From the NCBI GenBank assembly GCA_963701085.1, contig OY969561.1, positions 480,001 through 544,000 of the forward strand: a stretch of 64,000 bases of DNA, written 5' to 3'. The translations under genes and the position numbers were made by a program. The stretch's first letter is position 1; every line of letters starts with the position of its first letter. The notes under the pieces were generated by a model. The model was not told the origin of the DNA, did no database searches, and saw nothing but the letters and a program-made list of their open reading frames with translations. Shown piece after piece: positions 1-9,583 of this stretch. Source of the stretch: an uncultured bacterium. Lineage in GTDB: Bacteria > Babelota > Babeliae > Babelales > Vermiphilaceae.

Positions 1-871
1 AGCCGCAACCGGAGAAGGTCTCGGCAACCAATTTTTAAGCAACATTCGTGAAGTTGATCTTATTTTACACGTTCTACGTTGCTTTGAAGACCCAAGCATT
101 ATCAGATCAACAGAGGTTGATCCTATCAGCGATTTTGATATTATCATGGCAGAATTAATGCTCAAGGATATTGAATCAATTGATAAACGTATCCCAAAGG
201 TAGAAAAGCTCCAAAAAGGCAAACTCACCGGCGCGGAAGAAAAAAGTCTTAATGATGAAATGGATCTTCTGAAAAATGCGCGCGCAAGCCTTGAACAAGG
301 GGATGCTGCTAAAACAAAAGAGTTCGTCAAAAAATCACCCGTTCAAACCGTGCCCCTCCTGAGTACAAAAAACTTTCTTGTTATTGCAAACATTGCTGAA
401 GGGGAACTAGAAGATAAGCAGTATCAAAATAATAAACATTACCAAGCACTTGTTAAACATTTTGGCACAGAATACGTTATCCCTGTCAGCGCACGCGTTG
501 AATACGAACTCACGCAAATGGACGTGGCAGAAGCACAAGAATTTATGGATATGATGGGTCTCACGCAAACCAGTTTGGATATCATCATTAAAAAAACATA
601 TGATAATCTTGGACTTATTACCTTCTTTACTTGCGGACCCAAAGAAATTCATGCATGGCCGGTACGCAAAGGCACCACCATTCGTCAAGCAGGTGGCGAA
701 ATACATTCTGATATAGAACGCGGATTTATTTGCTCAGAAACATTCAGCTACAATGATCTTGTTACACACAAAACCGAACCTGCTATCAAAATTGCCGGCA
801 AACTACGCCTTGAAGGTCAAAATTACCTCGTTCAGGATGGCGATATTGTCCATATACGCTTTAATGTTTAA
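1..871 (+). CDS. ychF: Redox-regulated ATPase YchF (5' part outside window)
   Basis: Frame continues upstream of 146 (GEGLGNQFLSNIREVD); C-terminal TFFTCGPKEIHAW, GEIHSDIERGFI, KLRLEGQNYLVQDGDIVHIRFNV typical of YchF. Confidence 0.95.
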   Translation, partial: AATGEGLGNQFLSNIREVDLILHVLRCFEDPSIIRSTEVDPISDFDIIMAELMLKDIESIDKRIPKVEKLQKGKLTGAEEKSLNDEMDLLKNARASLEQGDAAKTKEFVKKSPVQTVPLLSTKNFLVIANIAEGELEDKQYQNNKHYQALVKHFGTEYVIPVSARVEYELTQMDVAEAQEFMDMMGLTQTSLDIIIKKTYDNLGLITFFTCGPKEIHAWPVRKGTTIRQAGGEIHSDIERGFICSETFSYNDLVTHKTEPAIKIAGKLRLEGQNYLVQDGDIVHIRFNV

Positions 872-938
872 AAATTTTCATTTTAATACAACTCAGAATG
901 AAATTTTTTATTTTTTTTAACAAACTAAAAAAATGATC

Positions 939-990
939 CATGGTTAAAATTGACGGTTGTTTTTAAGTGTTCATGGTTAAAATTGACGGT
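939..990 (+). repeat. Two exact 19-bp direct repeats CATGGTTAAAATTGACGGT, period 33 bp
   Basis: Copies at 939-957 and 972-990; degenerate third copy near 1003-1023. Confidence 0.85.
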
Positions 991-1146
991 AGATTTCCAA
1001 TGCACGGGTAAAAAAACTGGCGTACACGCTACTCAAAAAAATGTAATCTTATCGATTACATGGACCTTTTGACAACATTGCAAGCCCATGATAAGCTGAT
1101 AATGCAGTTAGAAATAGAGTTTTTGCCTAAAAAAGGATCCATTTTC

Positions 1147-2847
1147 ATGATTAAAAAGAATAATTATTCATTTATAGCCCTTCTCATGCTTAGTTTAATG
1201 CCTACAACAAGCAGATCTATTGCATTATCTGAAGCACTACAGAATACTTCTATAGCTGCACGTCAACAGGCTCAATTTGCAAAAGTCATAATGGCAGCTC
1301 TTTGGAAACATGCACGCGGTCAAACAAATGAACATCTTGCCATTGAAAAAACATTAGCCCAACTATATAGTGCAGAATGCACACCTGATAACAGCGCTCA
1401 AAATCTTATTGCTGCCATACAAAACAATAAAACAGTTGCAGATTTTAACCAATTCTATCTTGGTGCATCATCTTCCGCTTATCAGATTGAGGGTGGTCTT
1501 GATGATAGTTCTGCCGCAGCTCGTTTTTATCGTGATGTGGCACAGTTACCAACAGCGGGCGATGCCATCGATTTTTATAACCGCTACCCAGAAATTATCA
1601 AGCAAATGAAAGAAGAGCTTAATATTAATGCATTCCGTATATCATTTGCATGGGATAGAATTCAACCACAACAAGATGTATTTGATCAAAATGCGATAGC
1701 ATTTTATAAAGATGTTATCCATACACTCCGTGCACATAACATTAAACCATTAGTTGTATTCCATCACTATGATGCACCAACGTGGTTTGAAGATCTGGGT
1801 GGTTTTGAAAAAGAAGAAAACGGTAAACTATTTCAGCAATTCTGCTTAAGAATGTACACAGAACTGGCTGAAGAACTTGGTGATTGTCTTATATCCATGT
1901 GTTGCGCACCAGAGGGCCCTGCATTTAAAGGCTACTACACCGGTGATGGCACACCTGGTGAAAAGAATAACTTACAAAAAACACATACTGTTATCGCGAA
2001 CATGTATTATGAACTTGTTGATACTGCATTAGAAATTCAAAAACTTTACACACAACTTAAACACACAAATCCAAACATAAAAAAGCCATTCATTGGAACA
2101 CAAATCAACATTCTGCCTCTTGATCCTCATCACAGCACCCAAACGGATTGGAAAAGTAAACTTAAAACATCATTAGGTTGTGCAATGGCATCATATATAC
2201 AATCCGGTGGAACATTTAACTTTTTAGTTAATGGACATTATTGCGTATACACACCCAATGCTAATTTTATGAAAGCTGCAAAAGGGATTAATGTCTATCG
2301 CTATCACCCACAAGCACATCAAGCTTTTGATTGGATCGGTGTAAATATTTATTCAAACAGATATCTCAATGGTTTTGAGCAAATAACGGGTGATAAACTC
2401 ATAGAAGAAGATACAGAACGATACACTGATAATCCCAATTACCGCAACTATCCTGAAGGTATTTACCGCGCGGTGCAAATGATCGCGGACAATATAGCAA
2501 TACCTCTCGGTAAACTAAAAAACAAAGATGGCAAACCACTTCCGATAATTGTTACAGAAAATGGCATCGCAACAAAAGATGATGCAAAACGCACCCGTTA
2601 TTACCAACGCGCAATCATGAGTATTACTGCATTAATCAACGACGGATACCCTGTTATTGGTTATTTACCATGGACTTCACATGATAATTATGAATGGCCA
2701 ACACATGATAAACCTGAAGGATTTGGCGCAAAATGTTATGGATTTTTTGCCGTAAATTTTGATAAAAATTCACCTGACTACTTAAGCTGTACACTCAAAG
2801 AAGGCTCGCGCTACTATGCCAATTTTGCTCAATTATTTTTTGCATAA
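1147..2847 (+). CDS. Glycoside hydrolase family 1 protein with signal peptide, atypical acid/base motif
   Basis: GASSSAYQIEGG, FRISFAWDRIQP, HYDAPTWFEDLGGF, IVTENG, DNYEW; start at 1147 chosen after AAAGGA. Confidence 0.9.
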   Translation: MIKKNNYSFIALLMLSLMPTTSRSIALSEALQNTSIAARQQAQFAKVIMAALWKHARGQTNEHLAIEKTLAQLYSAECTPDNSAQNLIAAIQNNKTVADFNQFYLGASSSAYQIEGGLDDSSAAARFYRDVAQLPTAGDAIDFYNRYPEIIKQMKEELNINAFRISFAWDRIQPQQDVFDQNAIAFYKDVIHTLRAHNIKPLVVFHHYDAPTWFEDLGGFEKEENGKLFQQFCLRMYTELAEELGDCLISMCCAPEGPAFKGYYTGDGTPGEKNNLQKTHTVIANMYYELVDTALEIQKLYTQLKHTNPNIKKPFIGTQINILPLDPHHSTQTDWKSKLKTSLGCAMASYIQSGGTFNFLVNGHYCVYTPNANFMKAAKGINVYRYHPQAHQAFDWIGVNIYSNRYLNGFEQITGDKLIEEDTERYTDNPNYRNYPEGIYRAVQMIADNIAIPLGKLKNKDGKPLPIIVTENGIATKDDAKRTRYYQRAIMSITALINDGYPVIGYLPWTSHDNYEWPTHDKPEGFGAKCYGFFAVNFDKNSPDYLSCTLKEGSRYYANFAQLFFA

Positions 2848-2876
2848 GATCCTATCCCTAAATTAAATTCCCTCCC

Positions 2877-2935
2877 CGCGCTCGCCCTGAACCTGTTGAA
2901 GGGTTTTCTTCGAGCGCTCGGAAAAAACCCTTCAA
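2877..2935. repeat. Palindromic repeat family A (variant with central TCGAGCGCTCG)
   Basis: CGCGCTCGCCCTGAACCTGTTGAAGGG...TCGAGCGCTCG; matches copies at 42763 and 44146. Confidence 0.85.
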
Positions 2936-3057
2936 GCCGTCCTTATAGCCCTGGTAAACCCAGGGCTATATTTCTTAAAAAACACGTACCTCTTGCTCTA
3001 TCCCTCTTTTTTGTGCTAATCTGGTAATCAATGACCAATTTAGCACAAAGGAGTCTA

Positions 3058-4242
3058 ATGAAACTATTCAATCGCGATATTGAATCAACAATTCTACGGT
3101 TTGCCAAATTTCCTGTTGTTGGTCTTTTTGGCCCGCGACAATCAGGCAAAACAACTTTGATGAAAAAAATCTTCAAAAACTACGTCTATCTTAATCTCGA
3201 AAACCCTGAAACACTTGAATTCGCAACCCAAGACCCAAAAGCCTTCTTGCAAAAATATGAAAACGCACATGGCATCATTCTGGATGAATTCCAACACTTT
3301 CCACAGCTACTTTCATACATTCAGATTGAAGTTGATACAAAAAATCGTCCTGGCTATTTTGCACTCACGGGATCGCAAAACTTTCTTATGAATGAAGCAA
3401 TCACGCAATCACTTGCCGGCAGAATTGGCATTCTAACACTCTTACCGCTCTCCATTAATGAATGTACTGAAAATAATATATTGTTAAACACAAACTCCAA
3501 TGAAATGATCGTCAAAGGAAGTTATCCACGTCTTTACACCGATAATTTTACACCGGATGAAATTTATCCTTCATACATTCAAACATATGTTGAACGTGAT
3601 GTACGACAACTCACCAATGTTGAAAACTTAAGTACATTCAAAAAATTTATGAAGCTGTGCGCTGGTAGAATTGGACAATTACTCAACATTTCTGATATTG
3701 CGACCAATTGTGGCATTACACAAAAAACTGCTAATCATTGGCTATCCATCCTTGAAGCAAGTTATATTGTTTTTCAATTACAACCATATCACGGCAACTT
3801 TAATAAACGTATTACTAAAACAGCAAAATTATACTTTTATGATACCGGCATTGCATGTTCATTGCTTGGTATCAAAGAACCAAAAGATCTTGAATTAAGT
3901 CCATTCCGTGGACATTTGTTTGAATGTTTTATTATTAATGATCTCTTTAAACAATATTTTAATAAAGGCACCACGGCACCACTCTATTTTTGGCGCGACA
4001 AAAATGGATTAATAGAAGTTGACTGTTTAATTGATGATGGCGGCACCTTGACCCCCATTGAAATTAAATCAGGAACAACAGTTGTTGCCGATTTTTTTAC
4101 CGCATTAGATAAATGGAATGAACTTGCTCAAGCAGACCCGAAACATGGTTATATTATTTATGGAGGACAAGAGGAACAAAAAAGAAACAAGGGAACAGTA
4201 ATTGGTTGGCAAGCAGCACGAAATATAATCGAAACAATATAA
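3058..4242 (+). CDS. AAA_14 ATPase with DUF4143 C-terminal domain
   Basis: GPRQSGKTT, ILDEFQ, LTGSQN, SLAGR, YVERDV, KLYFYDTG, FWRD, EVD...PIEIKSG; AGGAG before ATG 3058. Confidence 0.92.
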   Translation: MKLFNRDIESTILRFAKFPVVGLFGPRQSGKTTLMKKIFKNYVYLNLENPETLEFATQDPKAFLQKYENAHGIILDEFQHFPQLLSYIQIEVDTKNRPGYFALTGSQNFLMNEAITQSLAGRIGILTLLPLSINECTENNILLNTNSNEMIVKGSYPRLYTDNFTPDEIYPSYIQTYVERDVRQLTNVENLSTFKKFMKLCAGRIGQLLNISDIATNCGITQKTANHWLSILEASYIVFQLQPYHGNFNKRITKTAKLYFYDTGIACSLLGIKEPKDLELSPFRGHLFECFIINDLFKQYFNKGTTAPLYFWRDKNGLIEVDCLIDDGGTLTPIEIKSGTTVVADFFTALDKWNELAQADPKHGYIIYGGQEEQKRNKGTVIGWQAARNIIETI

Positions 4243-4259
4243 ATCACTAGAGACATCAC

Positions 4260-5642
4260 ATGAAGCAAACAAAAAAAACAACTTTACTTTACATTCTCGT
4301 AATAACATTAATCCATGCAACCCTGCTACCAAAAACAACATACTGGAAGTGGCAAAATATCAACACACACGCGGTAAAATTCCCTGCATCATTTGAATGG
4401 GGACTCACAACACTGGCATATGAAACTGATGGCTATGCAAAATCAAGCACCTGGTACGCATGGGAAAATCATACTGGCAATAACACCAGTACACCATTCA
4501 CTAAAACACGCTCAGGAAATGCTGCTGCTCATACACAAAATTACCAAGAAGATGTGCAACTCATGAAAGAAATGGGCATTACAACCTATTGTTTTTCACT
4601 TGACTGGAGCAGAATTGAACCAGAACAGGGATACTTTGATGAAGCTATGCTCCAATATTATGGAGATCTTTGTGATGAACTGAAAAAAAACAATATCGGC
4701 ATCACCGCAATTCTTAAAGATTATTGCGATCCTTTATGGTGGGGTTATTTAGGTGGTTTTGAATATGAAAAAAACATTCACCTCTTTGAACGCTATTGCC
4801 TGAAAATGTATGAACTGCTTGGTACAAAAGTTGATCGTTGGATTACCTTCTGGGCGCCTGAAAATTATGCGGTACTCAGTTATCTTATTGGCACCACTCC
4901 TCCCGGAATACGCAATCTGCATTGTGCGGCAACGGTATTAAAAAATGAATTTGAAGCGCATGTGCGCGTGTATAAAAGCATCAAAAACGCACCTCATGGC
5001 AACAGTTCCTGCATTGGCATTATCAAGCATATGCATTTGCTAGAACCATGGCATATCTGGGACCGTCCAAGTTGCTATATTGCAAACATGCTCACCAACC
5101 AGTCATTTTATAATTTTTTCACTACCGGAAATTTCACGCTTAAAATTCCACTTCCTGGCAAAGCCGGTGCATGGATAAAACATGTTAATGCCTACGCTCC
5201 AAAATCACTCGATTTTATTGGCATTAATTATCACAGTCATGGATACCTCAAAAATATTGTTAACCATATCAGCAATCCTGGCGAAACATCAACTGATGTT
5301 GCAGGCATGACGGTATACCCTGAAGGATTATATTTTGCAATCAAAGAGGTATCAGACAATCTCGCTAAAAAATTAAACATCCCGATGGTTATCACGCAAA
5401 ATGGCATCGCCACGCATGATGAAAGCATCAGGGACTTATTTATTAAGCGCCATATTTATGCTGTGTCCAAAGCTATGTCTGATGGCTACAATATAGAAGG
5501 TTATTATTACTACAGCTTTTTAGACGGATTTTCATGGGGCAGCTATGATACGCAGTTTGGTCTTTTCTCTGTTGACCGTACAACTATGGACCGTACACTC
5601 AAAAAGGGTGCGCACTATTTTTGTGATGTGATTAAAAAGTAA
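4260..5642 (+). CDS. Glycoside hydrolase family 1-like protein, probably catalytically inactive
   Basis: FPASFEWG, FSLDWSRIEPEQG, DFIGINY, YPEGLY, FGLFSVD; WITFWAPE replaces TxNEP and ITQNG replaces xTENG. Confidence 0.88.
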   Translation: MKQTKKTTLLYILVITLIHATLLPKTTYWKWQNINTHAVKFPASFEWGLTTLAYETDGYAKSSTWYAWENHTGNNTSTPFTKTRSGNAAAHTQNYQEDVQLMKEMGITTYCFSLDWSRIEPEQGYFDEAMLQYYGDLCDELKKNNIGITAILKDYCDPLWWGYLGGFEYEKNIHLFERYCLKMYELLGTKVDRWITFWAPENYAVLSYLIGTTPPGIRNLHCAATVLKNEFEAHVRVYKSIKNAPHGNSSCIGIIKHMHLLEPWHIWDRPSCYIANMLTNQSFYNFFTTGNFTLKIPLPGKAGAWIKHVNAYAPKSLDFIGINYHSHGYLKNIVNHISNPGETSTDVAGMTVYPEGLYFAIKEVSDNLAKKLNIPMVITQNGIATHDESIRDLFIKRHIYAVSKAMSDGYNIEGYYYYSFLDGFSWGSYDTQFGLFSVDRTTMDRTLKKGAHYFCDVIKK

Positions 5643-5659
5643 AAATCATTATGAATATT

Positions 5660-5696
5660 ACGCGCTTATTCTCTGTAAAAAATAAGCGCGTGTTTT
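5660..5696. terminator. Hairpin between convergent genes, likely intrinsic terminator
   Basis: ACGCGCTTATT...AATAAGCGCGT followed by T-rich tract. Confidence 0.6.
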
Positions 5697-5700
5697 ATTA

Positions 5701-6638
5701 TCAAATTTCTTCGCCCACAGAAATATTTTCAATAGCTGTAATTAGATTGCTTACTCGTTCATCCTGTATTCGTAATACATTCTTTAAATCTGTCAAAAAA
5801 TATTCCCTATTACCATTATTATCTTGATATAACACAAGAGCAAACCAATGCTGCTCTACTTGATTATAATGATCCCCAATTCCAAATATATGAAAATAGG
5901 ACTTTTTTTGAGATTAGCCATTAACTGTAATTTTTGCTGAATACCCCATATCATTTTATCAAGACCCATTTCTCCTTCTTTTAATTCTTTAAGGCTTTCA
6001 AAAGAATATACCCCATATGGGTCAATTCGACTAAAATCATCAATTGCTGTAAAGTCACAATATACATCTTTAGAAATAATACCTTGACCTTGTTCTCCTA
6101 ATTTTTCTTGCTCATTCCATAAATACTCTAATTCATCAGCTTGTAACCAATCACCATGACGTTTATTGTTTTGTCTTCTCTGTATAATTGCTTGTCGCCA
6201 GCTACCGTTTTCACCAAAATATTTTGCTATAAAATTAGAACTCTTTAATGTCTTTTGTAAATCATCATCACTTTTGTTATGAGCCTTGGCTTCAACTATT
6301 TGCATACCTCTCAAAAGAGTATGATATCCACAACTTGCATTGCCCCCAACATTTGACCAAAATTGAGAATAAACTGGAAATTGTGTAACCTGCTGTCCTG
6401 CAATTTCAAATCTTATAGGCTCTGTAACTCCCCTGCTCTTCCACCAATAATACAACCCACCTGCAAGACCAAGTACTATAAGTGCTCCTGGAATGTTTTT
6501 TTGTAAAGTTTCTGTATCAACAAGTTTTGATGCTCTCTTTTTAATCTCTTTCCATGAAATTGCATAATAAGATGTGACCGGTAATAATAGCAATGCCCCT
6601 GCGAATAAAAAAAAGAGATACTGTTTACAATGCTTCAT
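5701..6638 (-). CDS. Secreted/membrane protein, papain-fold cysteine protease-like, split by a 1-base frameshift near 5903-5909
   Basis: ORF 5856-6638 has Q...SCGYH; -1 frame from the A7 run continues KSYFHIFGIGDHYNQVEQHWFALVLYQDNNGNREYFLTD to stop at 5701. Confidence 0.6.
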
Positions 6639-6696
6639 AAAGCCCCCTATATTAAAATTAAATTTTACAAAAGCAAGCTTACCAAAAGGGATTACA

Positions 6697-7794
6697 ATGA
6701 AACAATATCTTATATCTGCAGCTTTTATATTATTACCATTGCAAACTCAGCCAATGAACATATCCATTAATCAACTCACGTTAGATCAAAAAATTGGCCA
6801 ACTTTTTATGGTGGCTGCGGTTGCAGATGAAGAAATTGCCAAAGATTTTTTATCAAAAAAGTCATATCGCATGGATAAAGAGTATATTGAACAGCTCATC
6901 ACACAGTATCACATTGGTGGTATCATTTATTTAGGAAAAAGTGATACAAAAAAACAGATAGAAAGAACTCAGTATTTTCAAAACATATCTGCTATTCCAT
7001 TATTAGTTGGTCAAGATTTGGAACCAGGCAGAGTTGGTGTATCACGCTTGCAAACAATGCAAAAATTTCACAACAATCAAAAACTGGGACAGATAAATAG
7101 CGAAGAAGAAACATATCAAACAGCGTTAGAAATTGGCAAATTTTGTAAACAATTAGGCGTACATATTAATTTTGCACCGGTTGCTGATGTTAACAATAAT
7201 CCCAACAATCCCGTGATTAATGACCGTTCATTTGGTGATGATCCAGAACTTGTTACACAACATGCAATTGCATTTGCGCAAGGGTTACGTGATGCGGGAA
7301 TTATCGCATGCGCAAAACATTTTCCTGGCCATGGTGACACTAATGTTGATTCACATTTTGATTTACCACTCATCCCTCACAATAAAAAGAGGTTACATGC
7401 AATTGAACTTGCTCCGTTTAAACAACTCATTGCAAACAACATTCCCGCAATTATGATTGGACATCTTGAAGTTCCTGCATTTGAAGAACAAATAAAATTA
7501 CCATCAAGTTTATCTAAAAAAATAGTCACTGATTTGCTACGCAAAGAACTTGGCTTTGAAGGTCTTATTATTACCGATGGACTTGATATGGGTGGCATTA
7601 CCCACTATTATTCTGACGGCCAAGCAGAACTACACGCATTACTTGCTGGCAATGATATCTTGCTCAGTCCTGTTGATGTTCCAGCGGCCGTTGCTGCAAT
7701 CAAAAAAGCTCTATCAGAAAATCGCATAAGCGAACAAGAAATAAACACGCATGTTGAAAAAATTTTACACATCAAAAATGCATTAACATTTTAG
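6697..7794 (+). CDS. GH3 beta-N-acetylhexosaminidase (NagZ-like)
   Basis: QKIGQLFM, NFAPVADVN, RSFGDDP, KHFPGHGDTNVDSH, IITDGLDMGGI; signal peptide. Confidence 0.9.
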   Translation: MKQYLISAAFILLPLQTQPMNISINQLTLDQKIGQLFMVAAVADEEIAKDFLSKKSYRMDKEYIEQLITQYHIGGIIYLGKSDTKKQIERTQYFQNISAIPLLVGQDLEPGRVGVSRLQTMQKFHNNQKLGQINSEEETYQTALEIGKFCKQLGVHINFAPVADVNNNPNNPVINDRSFGDDPELVTQHAIAFAQGLRDAGIIACAKHFPGHGDTNVDSHFDLPLIPHNKKRLHAIELAPFKQLIANNIPAIMIGHLEVPAFEEQIKLPSSLSKKIVTDLLRKELGFEGLIITDGLDMGGITHYYSDGQAELHALLAGNDILLSPVDVPAAVAAIKKALSENRISEQEINTHVEKILHIKNALTF

Positions 7795-9491
7795 TATGCA
7801 ATACCACCCTTAACCCAAATAGCCCATTGAGAACACGTTGCATTGTTGCAGGGATTGGTGTCAGCAAACTCACCAGAAAGACCAACACCCAAATACGGAT
7901 CAAGATCATCTCTGTTATCCCACAAGCAGCCAATGTAACCAAACACTTTATGTGATAATGCGCGTGGCAAAATACCTGATTCATTATTAATATCACTATC
8001 GCTGAGTAAAATTGCAGGATTAGAACCGTTCACTTGTACTTGTGGAATAGTAAGTGCAGCTGAATCAGCTGCATTTAATTGATTTAATACTCCTGCTGCT
8101 GTTGATGCTGCCGCTGGCAAATTATCTGCATTTAAATTCTGAAAATTACCATTACCTGCGCCCTGCCCTGCTAAAATAGTTGCCATGCTTTGTGTAGCGT
8201 TTAATGCAATTGGATTATCACCCATAGCGGTAAATCCATAAATCTGCGCATCGCCTTTAATTGCATACCTATTTTCTATAAATGTCTCACGGCAATGTAA
8301 TTTTTCCTTACTATTTGCCCAAAAATTATAACCAAAATCAATCTCAAAACCATCTCTTTGATATGCCAACTTCAGCACAACATCAGCTTGCACACCAATA
8401 CTTATTTTTGTATCAAACGTAGTATAGTTGATTGCAGGAACCAAATTACCTATATATTGGTTGGCAGGAGCATTACCATTAATAAGTAAGTTTTCTGAAG
8501 AATTTATAATCTCTTCCAATAAAATATATCTACTACCATTACCATTTTTGGTAAAATCAAAAGAACGTTTTTGTTGTGATGTAAATAGATGTGATACATG
8601 CGCATCAAGATACAGTGCCACACGCTTACCTGTTTCTTTATTTTCCCACATATTCACGTGCGCAGACACACCGCCACCAATATCCCAGTGATGACGATTT
8701 CCTATAATTTCCTCAAACAGAAATTCTGCGGTAGTCGCGTTACCCGTTGGTGCTCCTATGCGAAAACTGATACCCACATGATACCATGGTTGATTATAAT
8801 TCCATCCCAATGTTGTTTGCAGCTCCGCAATTCTACTGCGCGTTTGTCGACCAAAAATTTTACCATATTGCAGCGGTGCATCCATATCACCAAATGTCGT
8901 CTTACCCTGCATTGCTTGAGTAACGCTCTGTGGCAAGCTTGATGCAGGAATATTTGTAGTACTCATATAACCTGCAGGATAAAAATCTGTTCCGGGATTA
9001 ATACCAACTTCACACATATACAGATTCCACTTTGTTTGCACAACCGGCATATGCACCATAATAAAAAGACCAGGCAGATATGCATCAAATGCCTGGAACC
9101 AATCAAAATCAATAATGGTATTGCTGATATGCGGTGAAAAATTAACCGTACTAGAAAAATCAGCGGGCAAACCAAAATAATCTGCTAAAATATCACCTGC
9201 TTGCCGCTCTGCCCGACTACCAGAAAAACGCAGCTTATTCGCACCAAATAAAAAATCAGCAATCTGTTGTGGTCTAAAAGATCTTGTATATTTAGCTGCT
9301 ACTGCAATGGTTCCATAATTACTATCTTGATCGTATTTATAAATATTTTGTTGCCACCCGGTGAGCTCAAGAACACTATCTAACCCTTGAGAACGAATAC
9401 CAAATATAGTTTTTTTTCCAAAACAATATACGTCCATAAAATTAACCAGAACAATACCAACTGCCACATACATAAAAAATTTTTTCATCAC
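7791..9491 (-). CDS. Uncharacterised paralog family member 1 (putative outer-membrane beta-barrel)
   Basis: Signal peptide; RSQG, LADYFGLP, APTG, GNxxHW, SRYIL, GYNFW, KGDA, HKVF, SQWAIWVKGGIAY shared with 5 other ORFs. Confidence 0.8.
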   Translation of the reverse strand: MMKKFFMYVAVGIVLVNFMDVYCFGKKTIFGIRSQGLDSVLELTGWQQNIYKYDQDSNYGTIAVAAKYTRSFRPQQIADFLFGANKLRFSGSRAERQAGDILADYFGLPADFSSTVNFSPHISNTIIDFDWFQAFDAYLPGLFIMVHMPVVQTKWNLYMCEVGINPGTDFYPAGYMSTTNIPASSLPQSVTQAMQGKTTFGDMDAPLQYGKIFGRQTRSRIAELQTTLGWNYNQPWYHVGISFRIGAPTGNATTAEFLFEEIIGNRHHWDIGGGVSAHVNMWENKETGKRVALYLDAHVSHLFTSQQKRSFDFTKNGNGSRYILLEEIINSSENLLINGNAPANQYIGNLVPAINYTTFDTKISIGVQADVVLKLAYQRDGFEIDFGYNFWANSKEKLHCRETFIENRYAIKGDAQIYGFTAMGDNPIALNATQSMATILAGQGAGNGNFQNLNADNLPAAASTAAGVLNQLNAADSAALTIPQVQVNGSNPAILLSDSDINNESGILPRALSHKVFGYIGCLWDNRDDLDPYLGVGLSGEFADTNPCNNATCSQWAIWVKGGIAY

Positions 9492-9583
9492 ATCCCCTTA
9501 AGCTGAGTGTGCTAACGCTGACAATGTTATATGTCACACTACAGCTTAAACCAAGCGATTAACGGGACGCAATATATTTAACA

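Noticed and set aside
939-1023. Mini CRISPR array
   Set aside because: Only two exact 19-bp repeats, 14-bp spacer, no cas genes
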